DNA of 64,000 nucleotides from an uncultured bacterium (GTDB lineage Bacteria > Oederibacteriota > PGYV01 > CAWJRG01): the NCBI GenBank assembly GCA_963845185.1, contig CAWJRG010000011.1, forward strand, positions 32,001 through 96,000, given 5' to 3'. Position 1 is the first letter of the stretch. Every line of letters starts with the position of its first letter. Shown here in pieces: positions 11,057 through 19,663 of the stretch. Made by a program: the position numbers and the translations under genes. A model generated the notes under the pieces. The model saw nothing but the letters and a program-made list of their open reading frames with translations, was not told where the DNA came from and ran no database searches.

Positions 11057-11223
11057 AAAGCCCGTGGTACCAGTTAACAACACAGCTCGACATCGTCTCG
11101 CCGTGAAGTACTAACTAAATACACTGTTGCTCTCGAATACATATAATATGCGACGTCCGCCGAAGCAGAACGCATTCAACCACGTGCATAGCACGTGGTG
11201 TTCTGCGCAGGTGGATAAATATT

Positions 11224-13209
11224 TTAATAAACCCTTATCGGCAATATGACAAAAATTATGCCGAGTTTGTAAAGCTGCTTCTGGAGCTCGAACACTATGT
11301 AGTTATGAAGCATGTTCGTCGCCATTGTTTCCCTTTCAAAAACCACCTGGCCGCCGAAGAAAATCGCGTCATGGTATTTTTCCCGGATTCCGGGCAATAG
11401 TTTTATTGTTTCCTCGACAACCTCGGTTCCCACAGCAGTGATGCCTTCGGCGTAACAGTTGTTTTTCTCGACAAAATCCACATACATCTGCGTTTCGCTT
11501 TGTATATGCTTTTTTAATTTTTCGACTTCCTCCGAGCCCTTGAAATTGCCGGTGTCCACTATGCCTATCTGCACAAAAACGTAATTCTTGAAAAGTTTCC
11601 CGAATATGCGCATGACCGTCATCAGCGTGTGGAGCCCCAGCCCGTTGAAATCATTGACAAACAGGATGGCCGTCTTTGCATTTTTGTTGTATTTTGTCAA
11701 TGCCTTGCGCGCTTTTTCATCGTCAAACATTTCGGGCCTGCTTGTTACAGTCGCCTCCACAAGCACGTCAAGCTTTTTAATCAGCTTGCCTATTTCGTCG
11801 TAGTGGCGCCTTATCATCAAGGCGGTAAAAATAAGCGCCCCTGTAATTGCCATGGTCACCCAGCCGCCCTCGCCGAACTTGAAGACTATTACCGTCACCA
11901 GGATGAAAGCCGACAGTATGAACCCGACTATGTTAATCAATAATCTCCTCTTCCACTTTTTTTCCTCTTTGCGTACGTGCCACCAGTGTACAACCATGCC
12001 CAACTGGGACATGGAAAAAGTTATGAAAACGTTTATGCTGTAAAGCACTACAAGCAGCCTTACCGAGCCTTTTGTCAATATGACTGTCAGGAGAGCCGCT
12101 GCTCCGAAGATCATGATGCCGTTCTGCGCAACCAGCCTGTCGCTTAAGGATGAAAACCTCATGGGCATCCACCTGTCCTTTGCCATGTTTGAAAGCACCC
12201 TTGGCCCGTCCACAAACCCTGCCTGCGCAGCCACAAAAAGCAGGGCAGCTTCGGAAATAAGTATGATAAGCACGAATATTGACCCGAGCCCCGGGTTCCA
12301 TGCTTTGGTCGCGGTTTCAAAAAGCACCGCATTCAGGGTCTTGCCATTCTGCGGCACTACCCCGAAAATGACGTAGGAAAACATTATTCCGAGCACTATA
12401 AGGCTAAGCGAAGAAGCCATGTATGCCATTACTTTTTTCGCGTTTATGACCCTTGGCTCCCTGAGTATTGAAATACCGTTGCTTACCGCTTCTATGCCGG
12501 TAAAAGTGCCTGCGCCCATGCTGTACGCGCGCAGGACCAGGAAAATCATGGCAAAAAGCCCCATACCCTGCCCGGTCTGTCCTGCGCTTGCGACGCTTGT
12601 ATGCAGCGCGGTGCCCAGGTGCCCGAAATTTTGTATCAGTATGTAGCAGAGTATAAAAGCGTGGCTCAAAACAAAAACAAGGAATACAGGGACAAGCGGT
12701 ATTATGGATTCCTTTACCCCGCGCATGTTCATCATGGTAAGCAGGATAATGCCTGCCAGGGCGACAATGAATTTATATGAATTTATCTGCGGCGGCAAAT
12801 AGCTGAAAAGCGCGTCAGCGCCGCTCACAATTGAAATGCTTATTGTCAGCACGTAATCAATCATGAGCGCGCTTCCCGAAATAACGCCTGACTTTGGGGA
12901 AAGCAGCTTGCTCGCCACCAGGTAACCGCCGCCGCCCGTGGGAAAAAGCTCGATTATCTGGGCGTAACTCATGCTTATTATTATTACGGTGAGCGCCGTC
13001 GCTATGGCGACAAATATGCCCAGGTAGGAAAATTTGCCCAGGGTCCTGAACGCCTCTTCAGGCCCGTAGCAGGATGATGTCAAGCCGTCCGAACCCAGCC
13101 CCACCCAGGCAAAAAATGCTATAAGGGAAATCCTCTGGAATACGCCGGGATCGCTTACATTCCTGCTTTTTCCCAGTATGAAACCTTTTACGTCGCTATA
13201 AAGGCTCAT
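11224..13209 (-). CDS. APC-superfamily transporter, KimA/YdaO-like potassium uptake protein
   Basis: GSDGLTSSCYGPEE, YAQIIELFPTGGGGY, DYVLT, FTGIEAVSNG motifs; about 12 TM segments plus a cytoplasmic C-terminal domain. Confidence 0.75.
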   Translation of the reverse strand: MSLYSDVKGFILGKSRNVSDPGVFQRISLIAFFAWVGLGSDGLTSSCYGPEEAFRTLGKFSYLGIFVAIATALTVIIISMSYAQIIELFPTGGGGYLVASKLLSPKSGVISGSALMIDYVLTISISIVSGADALFSYLPPQINSYKFIVALAGIILLTMMNMRGVKESIIPLVPVFLVFVLSHAFILCYILIQNFGHLGTALHTSVASAGQTGQGMGLFAMIFLVLRAYSMGAGTFTGIEAVSNGISILREPRVINAKKVMAYMASSLSLIVLGIMFSYVIFGVVPQNGKTLNAVLFETATKAWNPGLGSIFVLIILISEAALLFVAAQAGFVDGPRVLSNMAKDRWMPMRFSSLSDRLVAQNGIMIFGAAALLTVILTKGSVRLLVVLYSINVFITFSMSQLGMVVHWWHVRKEEKKWKRRLLINIVGFILSAFILVTVIVFKFGEGGWVTMAITGALIFTALMIRRHYDEIGKLIKKLDVLVEATVTSRPEMFDDEKARKALTKYNKNAKTAILFVNDFNGLGLHTLMTVMRIFGKLFKNYVFVQIGIVDTGNFKGSEEVEKLKKHIQSETQMYVDFVEKNNCYAEGITAVGTEVVEETIKLLPGIREKYHDAIFFGGQVVFERETMATNMLHNYIVFELQKQLYKLGIIFVILPIRVY

Positions 13210-13418
13210 TTAACCTTTTACCTCGTTTTAACATACCCTTCAAAAGGCAGTTAGTTTGTTGATTTTTTTATAGTACGATTTGAGAGGTGGAGCATCCATT
13301 AAAAATCCTCTAATATGCTCCCTCCCCGTAGCGCTATCATATACCGCACTATCAGCGGTAATTTTCGCGTAGAGGGATTAATAACACAATTCCACAGAAA
13401 GTCAATACTTAAACGCTT

Positions 13419-13515
13419 GATAGCGTTTATTTTATCAAGCCGAAGGCAACAACAAAATATTACGCTATCATGTACCCGCTCAAGTCCGAGGCCTACAGGC
13501 CGAGAACAAGAGGTA
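13419..13515 (-). ncRNA. Candidate cis-regulatory structured RNA motif, copy A (upstream of kimA-like gene)
   Basis: Aligns with 25219-25317 and 31530-31622; two-hairpin structure with covariation. Confidence 0.55.
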
Positions 13516-13566
13516 TTTTTATAATAGCGTTTATTTTATCAGGCCGTCAATTCCAAATTCCAAATC

Positions 13567-15096
13567 CTATTTCACTACCGCTATCTTTCCCCATGTCTTC
13601 TTTTTTGTAATGCCGTCCGCTGCTTCTATGCTGTATATAAATATCCCGCTTGCCACTGTCTTACCTGATTTATTGTTCCTGTCCCAGTAAATGCTGTTCA
13701 TGCCTGGCTCGCCCTGCTGCGAGAGTTCCCTCACAACCTCGCCGCTTATCGTGTATATTTTTACTTTTACCTGTGCCGTATCGCATAACTGGTAGATTAT
13801 ATTAGTGCCGCTTGAGCATGGGTTCGGCGAATTCTTGTATAAATTCAGGCAAAGCGGCGGCTGCGGCGTAGGTGTTATCGTGAAAGTGCATGTTATGCTT
13901 GTCGTGGGGGTTATTGTTACAGTGTATGTTATACTTGGCGTGGATGTTATTGTTGGTGAAATTGTACTGGTCGGCGATATGGTAAATGTGGGTGTCGCTG
14001 TAAACGTCAAGGTCAATGTCGAGGTCTGCGTTATTGTTGGAGAAAACGTCACAGTTGGCGGCGTCCCGGTTATTGTCGGCGTAAGGCTTGTGCACGGGCC
14101 GAATTCCTGGATTCTGTTATTACCCGAGTCTGCAACATACACGTCTCCGCTGCTGTCCACTGCTATTCCAAAAGGATAACCAAACTGCCCGTTGCCGCTT
14201 CCATAACTTCCCCATTGTGTGATATATACACCTGAACTGCTGAATTCTTGAATCCTATAATTAGTATCGTCTGCAACATACACATCCCCGCTGCTGTCTA
14301 CAGCTATCCCAGTAGGACCACTAAACTGCCCGTTGCCACTTCCGGTAGGAAGCCCGCCCCATTGTGTTATATACGTGCCCGTACTGCTGAATTCTTGGAT
14401 TCTATTATTACCCCAGTCTGAAACATACACGTCCCCACTGCTGTTTATTGCTATGCCGTAAGGGCCATAGTTTCCAAACTGGCTGTTGCCGCTTCCCGTG
14501 CTGCCCCATTGGGTTATATATGTGCCTATACTGCTGAATTCCTGAATCCTATGATTACCTGAGTCTAAAACATACACATCCCCGCTGCTGTCTACAGCTA
14601 TTCCAGTAGGACCACTAAACTGCCCGTTGCCGGTTCCAAGACTGCCCCATTGCGTAATGTAAGCGCCTGTACTGCTGAATTCCTGGATCCTGTTATTCCG
14701 CGTGTCTGCAACATAAACGTTTCCGTTGCTGTTTATTGCTACTCCTTCGGGGAAGTAAAACTGCACGTTGCCGGTTCCAAGACTGCCCCATTGAGCGATA
14801 TATGTGCCTGTATTGTTGAATGTTTGAATTCTGTTATTATACTCATCTGCAACATATACGTTTCCGTTGCTGTCTATTGCTATTCCCCATGGATTATTAA
14901 ACTGCCCGTTGCCGGTTTCGGGATTTCCTACTGAACTGCCCCATTGTGTTATATAGCATGGCGGTGAAACTGCCATGGCATGGGAATTTATTATGAAGAA
15001 GACAAACAAAAGAAACAGGAAATATTTTATTAATGTAAAGCTTCTCTGTTTCTGTAATTCAGAAAAACTTTTTATCCGCATTTTCATCCTATTCAT
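13567..15096 (-). CDS. NHL-repeat six-bladed beta-propeller protein with Thr-rich linker and FlgD-Ig/T9SS-like C-terminal domain
   Basis: Six repeats of GQF.GP.GIAVDSSGDVYV.D..N.RIQEF; TITPT linker; NSPNP...IYTISGEVVR...WD..NKSGKTVASGIFIY. Confidence 0.85.
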   Translation of the reverse strand: MNRMKMRIKSFSELQKQRSFTLIKYFLFLLFVFFIINSHAMAVSPPCYITQWGSSVGNPETGNGQFNNPWGIAIDSNGNVYVADEYNNRIQTFNNTGTYIAQWGSLGTGNVQFYFPEGVAINSNGNVYVADTRNNRIQEFSSTGAYITQWGSLGTGNGQFSGPTGIAVDSSGDVYVLDSGNHRIQEFSSIGTYITQWGSTGSGNSQFGNYGPYGIAINSSGDVYVSDWGNNRIQEFSSTGTYITQWGGLPTGSGNGQFSGPTGIAVDSSGDVYVADDTNYRIQEFSSSGVYITQWGSYGSGNGQFGYPFGIAVDSSGDVYVADSGNNRIQEFGPCTSLTPTITGTPPTVTFSPTITQTSTLTLTFTATPTFTISPTSTISPTITSTPSITYTVTITPTTSITCTFTITPTPQPPLCLNLYKNSPNPCSSGTNIIYQLCDTAQVKVKIYTISGEVVRELSQQGEPGMNSIYWDRNNKSGKTVASGIFIYSIEAADGITKKKTWGKIAVVK

Positions 15097-15177
15097 TGGA
15101 AGTTCGCGCCTCCTAATATGGCATAATTATACCATATTTTTGCGCAAATGGGCAAATCCCCCTATGTCCCTATATTT

Positions 15178-15205
15178 GTAGAGACACGCCATGGCGTGTC
15201 TCTAC
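15178..15205. repeat. GTAG-type REP-like palindrome
   Basis: GTAGAGACACGCCATGGCGTGTCTCTAC; near-identical copy at 29163-29190. Confidence 0.75.
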
Positions 15206-15252
15206 TTTAGTTTTATTATTGCAATTTAAATACAAGCGAGGCAAATCCCCCT

Positions 15253-15282
15253 AAAAAAAGACGCGGATGGAACCGCGTCTTT
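15253..15282 (-). terminator. Rho-independent terminator after fucosidase
   Basis: AAAGACGCGG/CCGCGTCTTT stem followed by a U-tract on the minus strand. Confidence 0.7.
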
Positions 15283-15298
15283 GCAATTGCAAAGCAGG

Positions 15299-16555
15299 CT
15301 AAATCTCGCCGAGCAAAACGTAGCCGTTGCCTAGCGCCTGCCTTGGCTTTGACGCGAATTCAAGCCTGATAACCGCAATCTGCGCTGTCTTGTCCGGGCA
15401 TTTTTCAGGCAGACCGCACAAGACCAGCCTTTTTTTTGTCTGGATAAAGCTAATTTTTTTACCTGTATCCAGAAAAGACGCTTTTTTTAATCTTGACTTC
15501 AGCCCGCCTATGGCAAGCTCTGTCCCCGGCCACCTGGTGCACCAGTAATACATTGTATTTAGCTTGCGTGTCCACCAGCCCGTAAGCATCCACTCCATAT
15601 TTTCTACAGCATCAACTTTGCCGTACACTGCTTCGCCATATTTTGAGAGCCACTTCCCTACAGTAAACAGCCTTTGTTTTGCCTCTTCAGGCACGCTGCC
15701 GTCCGGCTTTGGCCCAATGTTCAGCAGCAAATTACCCTCTCCGGCAGTGCAGGTACGAAGCATATCAAGGACTTTGCGGCTTGAGAGCCAGTCTTCTGCC
15801 GGGGCCTGCTGATATCCCCACGCGCCGTTAAATGTCATGCACGCCTCCCATGCGCGTCCTTTTTTCTCTGCTTTTATATGCTCTTCGGGTGTGCCGAAAT
15901 CCTCGTCAATATACGCGCGGTTGTTTATTATTATATGGGGCTGCAAATCCCTGGCCATCTGGTTCATTTTATATGATTCCCATTTTTCAGCCGTGTCAAG
16001 CGGCCACGCCATGTCGTACCAGAGTATGTCTATGTTCCCGTAGTTTGTCATCAGTTCCCGTACGCACCCCTGCGTGAAATCCAGGAACCTCCTTCTTGCC
16101 CCTTTATTTTTCGCACAAAGCGCACCGTCGGGATGGTGCCAATCCATGAGCGAATAATAAAAACCTATTTTCAGCCCGAACTCCCTGCACGCGTCCACGT
16201 ATTCGCGCACAAGGTCCCTGCCCAGCCTCTGCTTAAAGGCGTTGTAGTCATGCTGCTTCGTGTCCCACAAACAAAAACCCTCATGGTGTTTTGTGGTCAT
16301 TACCATATATTTCATGCCTGCTGTTTTCGCGAACCATGCCCATTCGCGTGCTGCGTTTGGCTTCGGGTGCCAGGTCCCGGCAAGCTTCTCGTAGTCCTTA
16401 ATTGGTATTCTCTCCCTGTTCATTGCCCACTCGTGCCTGGCAAGTTGTGAGTAAAGCCCCCAGTGTATGAACATGCCGAACCTCGCGTCGTGCCACCACT
16501 TCATCCTCTCCTGCCTTGTCTTTGCCGTCCATTTTATATATTCTTTTTTCGTCAT
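15299..16555 (-). CDS. Alpha-L-fucosidase (GH29)
   Basis: WWHDARFGMFIHWGLYS, GMKYMVMTTKHHEGFCLWDT, YYSLMDWHHP, LWYD, GNLLLNIGP; likely start ATG 16555. Confidence 0.9.
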   Translation of the reverse strand: MTKKEYIKWTAKTRQERMKWWHDARFGMFIHWGLYSQLARHEWAMNRERIPIKDYEKLAGTWHPKPNAAREWAWFAKTAGMKYMVMTTKHHEGFCLWDTKQHDYNAFKQRLGRDLVREYVDACREFGLKIGFYYSLMDWHHPDGALCAKNKGARRRFLDFTQGCVRELMTNYGNIDILWYDMAWPLDTAEKWESYKMNQMARDLQPHIIINNRAYIDEDFGTPEEHIKAEKKGRAWEACMTFNGAWGYQQAPAEDWLSSRKVLDMLRTCTAGEGNLLLNIGPKPDGSVPEEAKQRLFTVGKWLSKYGEAVYGKVDAVENMEWMLTGWWTRKLNTMYYWCTRWPGTELAIGGLKSRLKKASFLDTGKKISFIQTKKRLVLCGLPEKCPDKTAQIAVIRLEFASKPRQALGNGYVLLGEI

Positions 16556-16560
16556 TCTAT

Positions 16561-18636
16561 TTACCCGCTTTTGCCCTGGCTCATAATCTTCGCGCATTTC
16601 TCAGCTGCGATTGCCGCGAAATCCGTGATTGCCGTTATTATATACTTGTCCTGCGGGAGCATGAGCGCATAATCGGTATTAAGCGCTATTACGCCGACCG
16701 TGGAATTTTTCGTGTTCATTGGTATGAACACGAATTCAGACGCCACAAGCGAGCGCGTGCCCTTTCCGGCAGGCTCGCCCTTTTCATACACCCAGGACGC
16801 TATCGCGTAGTCGTTTTGCGCGATTTCCAGCGCATCCTCTGACCGGGCCCAAATCTTTATTTTCCCGTCCATGTCCTTGAATATGACCATATTGAGCGAC
16901 TTGACGGCCTTGGCAAGGTAGCTTGATATAATGCCTGCAATCTGCTCTAGTATGTCTATGTTTATCAGCTGTATTGTCTCTACCATTTCCCTGTTCCTGC
17001 TTTCCATGGACGTGTCGAGCACCTGCTCTATGGTCGGCACTCCAAGGAGTTCCCTGCCCATCTGCTCCAGTACCCTGATATTTTCCAACCGCAGCCTCAA
17101 TGCCTGCTGCTGCCTGTGGAAAAGCCTTGCTATCTCTCCTACGATTGCCGCCGTAGTGAGGAATATGACGAATTCCACTGCGTATTCGGGCTTGGCAATG
17201 GTAAAGCTGTAAATCGGCGGCACAAATAAAAAATCATATAATAATATCGACATTATTGAGACAAAAATTGACGGCCATGTGCCCAGCATAAAGGCGCTGG
17301 CGACAACTGCGATTATGAATATTATGGAAAAATTTTCTATTTTAAAAGTATATTTCAGTAAAAAACCGAGGGCAACGACAGGCACCAGCATAAGAAGGCT
17401 GTATATATAGTCCACTGGCTTGAAAACAGGCATGTATTTTTTCCGCCCGGATTCTTTTTCTTTTTCCGCGGTCTCGAGGCTTGGCTCTATCAGGTAAATG
17501 TCTATGTCTTTCCTGTAATTAATGAGCCTGTCCACGGGCGAAGGGATGAAGAAATTAAAAAATGTCTTTTTCACAGGCTTGCCTATCATTATCCTGGTTA
17601 TTTTTTCCTGCTCGCAGAAATGTATGAGTTCTTCCGACACGTCGTTTCCTGAAAGCGTCCTTACCTTTGCGCCGAGTTCCTCGGCGAATTCCAGGGTGGA
17701 CGCGAGCTTTGCCCTGTCCTGCACGTCGAGCTGAAGCGCGGAAAGCGAATCCACGTACACCGCATACCACTCTGCTTTTATCTCCTCGGCAAGCTGGAAA
17801 GCCTTGCGTATAAGCTGCTTTGCGTACGGGCTCGGCGATATGCACACAAGCAGGCGCTCGGTTACGGGCCACGGGCCCACGATTGCCTTTGCCTTCATGT
17901 AATTCACAAGCTCAGAGTCCAGTTTTGTCGCAACCCTGCGCAGCGTTATCTCACGCAGGGCGAGAAGGTTCGAGCGCTTAAAAAACTGGTCCACAGCGAG
18001 CTTTGCCTGTTCGGGTATATAAACCTTGCCTTCTTTGAGCCTTATATGGAGCTCCTCTATGGGGATATCCACCACTTCTATTTCGTCGGCCTGGTCGAGC
18101 ATGGAATCCGGCACGGTCTCCTGTACTTTTATGCCCGTAACTCCCGCGACAATGTCGTTGACGCTCTCAAAATGCTGTATGTTTACTGTGGTATATACGT
18201 CTATATTGTTCCAGGCAAGTTCAAGCACGTCCTGGTATCTTTTTAAATGGGTGCTGCCGGGCGCGTTTGTATGCGCCAGCTCGTCCACGAGCACGAGTTT
18301 CGGCCTGCGTTTTATGACAGCCGCAGTGTCGAATTCGTTCAGGGTTACGTTCTTGTACTTTACTTCCTTGAGCGGGATTATCTCAAAACCTTCAAGGAGC
18401 GCCTGGGTTTCCCCCCTTTTATGCGTTTCGACAACGCCTATGACCACGTCAACGCCGCGCTGCTTTAACGCGCGCGCCTGTTCGAGCATGGAATATGTCT
18501 TTCCCACACCCGGCGCGTAGCCCAGGAATATCTTCACTGCCCCTTTTGTTGCCTGCTCTTTTTTCATTTCATCGAGCAAAGCCTCCGGGTCAGGTTTCAG
18601 CATATTGTCATCTGCCAATGTTTTTCTCCCTTTCAT
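16561..18636 (-). CDS. kdpD: KdpD-like sensor (KdpD N-domain, Usp, 4-TM DUF4118, GAF) lacking the histidine kinase module
   Basis: KIFLGYAPGVGKTYSML, LVDELAHTNAPGS, TTVNIQHFES, Usp (LLVCISPSP), DFLFVPPIYSF, GAF; ends after the GAF helix with no H-box or HATPase motifs. Confidence 0.85.
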   Translation of the reverse strand: MKGRKTLADDNMLKPDPEALLDEMKKEQATKGAVKIFLGYAPGVGKTYSMLEQARALKQRGVDVVIGVVETHKRGETQALLEGFEIIPLKEVKYKNVTLNEFDTAAVIKRRPKLVLVDELAHTNAPGSTHLKRYQDVLELAWNNIDVYTTVNIQHFESVNDIVAGVTGIKVQETVPDSMLDQADEIEVVDIPIEELHIRLKEGKVYIPEQAKLAVDQFFKRSNLLALREITLRRVATKLDSELVNYMKAKAIVGPWPVTERLLVCISPSPYAKQLIRKAFQLAEEIKAEWYAVYVDSLSALQLDVQDRAKLASTLEFAEELGAKVRTLSGNDVSEELIHFCEQEKITRIMIGKPVKKTFFNFFIPSPVDRLINYRKDIDIYLIEPSLETAEKEKESGRKKYMPVFKPVDYIYSLLMLVPVVALGFLLKYTFKIENFSIIFIIAVVASAFMLGTWPSIFVSIMSILLYDFLFVPPIYSFTIAKPEYAVEFVIFLTTAAIVGEIARLFHRQQQALRLRLENIRVLEQMGRELLGVPTIEQVLDTSMESRNREMVETIQLINIDILEQIAGIISSYLAKAVKSLNMVIFKDMDGKIKIWARSEDALEIAQNDYAIASWVYEKGEPAGKGTRSLVASEFVFIPMNTKNSTVGVIALNTDYALMLPQDKYIITAITDFAAIAAEKCAKIMSQGKSG

Positions 18637-18693
18637 GAATTTTCCTTATTATATCAGTTGCTTCCTTTTAGTCAACTGGCCTTGCTTTAGCTT

Positions 18694-18996
18694 TTATTTA
18701 CTAAAGCTGTCCGCGGCTGTTGCCTTGGCCGCGAGCTTCAGCTCTGCCTTTGCCTGGCTGAGCAAATCCATTGCTTTCTGCGTGTGCCCGGCCGCGTCAA
18801 ACTCATTGGCTTTTTTTGCGGCCGAAAGTTTTGTATATGCCTTTTTCACCAGTTTTTGCGCCGCGGCAACATTCGGATGGCTCCCGTTTGTGTCATTAAA
18901 TAAATCATTAGGAACATCTACTGCAAAGGTTGTGCTGGTTATTAAAATCAATAAACTTGCGGCAAACAATAAAACTGTCATTTTATTCATTTTCAA
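18694..18996 (-). CDS. Small exported helical protein of unknown function within the kdp cluster
   Basis: Signal peptide (TTFA|VD); GGAGG RBS; Ala/Lys-rich helices with HPNV and AGH motifs. Confidence 0.7.
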   Translation of the reverse strand: MKMNKMTVLLFAASLLILITSTTFAVDVPNDLFNDTNGSHPNVAAAQKLVKKAYTKLSAAKKANEFDAAGHTQKAMDLLSQAKAELKLAAKATAADSFSK

Positions 18997-19025
18997 ACCT
19001 CCAGGTTGTGCCTTCCGCCGGCAGA

Positions 19026-19613
19026 TTATTTCGCGTTAGCGTCAAGGTAAATGTTGAGCTCAAGCACATTTGTCCTTTCCGGTCCTATAAAACCAAGAAA
19101 CGGCTTTTTGGTAAATTTATTTATGGCGTCTATGACTATCTTTTCATCGAGCTTGCGCGCTTTTGCCACACGGCCTGCCTGCCACACGGCATCGGTTTTT
19201 GTTATTTCAGGGTCCAGCCCGCTCGCAGACGCTGTCAGCATATCGTCGGGTATTTTATCTTTATTGCCCTTGTTCAACTTTTTCTCGGCATCCAGCCTTT
19301 TCATAAAGGCAGCCACAAGGTCAGGGTTTGTCGGAGCAAGGTTTGACCCGCCCGAGCTTACAGCGTTAAAAGTGTTTACATTATAGTCAGGGTCAATTGC
19401 AGACGGCCTGGCATGGAAATATCCAGGCTTTTCAAACTTCTGCGCTATCAGCCTGCTGCCTATAACCGTGCTGTTCTTTGTGATAAGGCTGCCTTCTGCC
19501 TGCTTGGGAAAAACAAGCTTTGCAACACCCCATACAAATACAGGGTAAATTATGCCTGTCAGCAATGTAAAAATTCCGAGCATTGTTATTGATGTCATCA
19601 GTATTTTCTTCAT
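19026..19613 (-). CDS. kdpC: K+-transporting ATPase subunit C
   Basis: GIIYP...FPKQAEGSLI...GSRLIAQ, YFHARPSA, SGGSNLAP, TASASGLDPEI, NVLELN. Confidence 0.95.
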   Translation of the reverse strand: MKKILMTSITMLGIFTLLTGIIYPVFVWGVAKLVFPKQAEGSLITKNSTVIGSRLIAQKFEKPGYFHARPSAIDPDYNVNTFNAVSSGGSNLAPTNPDLVAAFMKRLDAEKKLNKGNKDKIPDDMLTASASGLDPEITKTDAVWQAGRVAKARKLDEKIVIDAINKFTKKPFLGFIGPERTNVLELNIYLDANAK

Positions 19614-19663
19614 GTGTACATCTCCAATCTTATATGTTTTTTATTTTGTAGAGAGGCGGCTTG

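Larger units (their letters stand above)
9410..11220. mobile_element. Short non-autonomous palindrome-ended element (IS200/IS605-end-like, ~180 bp) interrupted by IS1182 copy 2
   Basis: Left hairpin CCACGGGC-AAA-GCCCGTGGT is split by the IS; related right hairpin ACCACGTGC-ATA-GCACGTGGT at 11179-11199; no ORF between them. Confidence 0.5.

Noticed and set aside
14100..14945. Regularly spaced ~140-bp DNA repeats that could suggest a CRISPR array or DGR template
   Set aside because: They are in-frame NHL propeller repeats within a CDS, with no unique spacers and no adenine-specific variation pattern.
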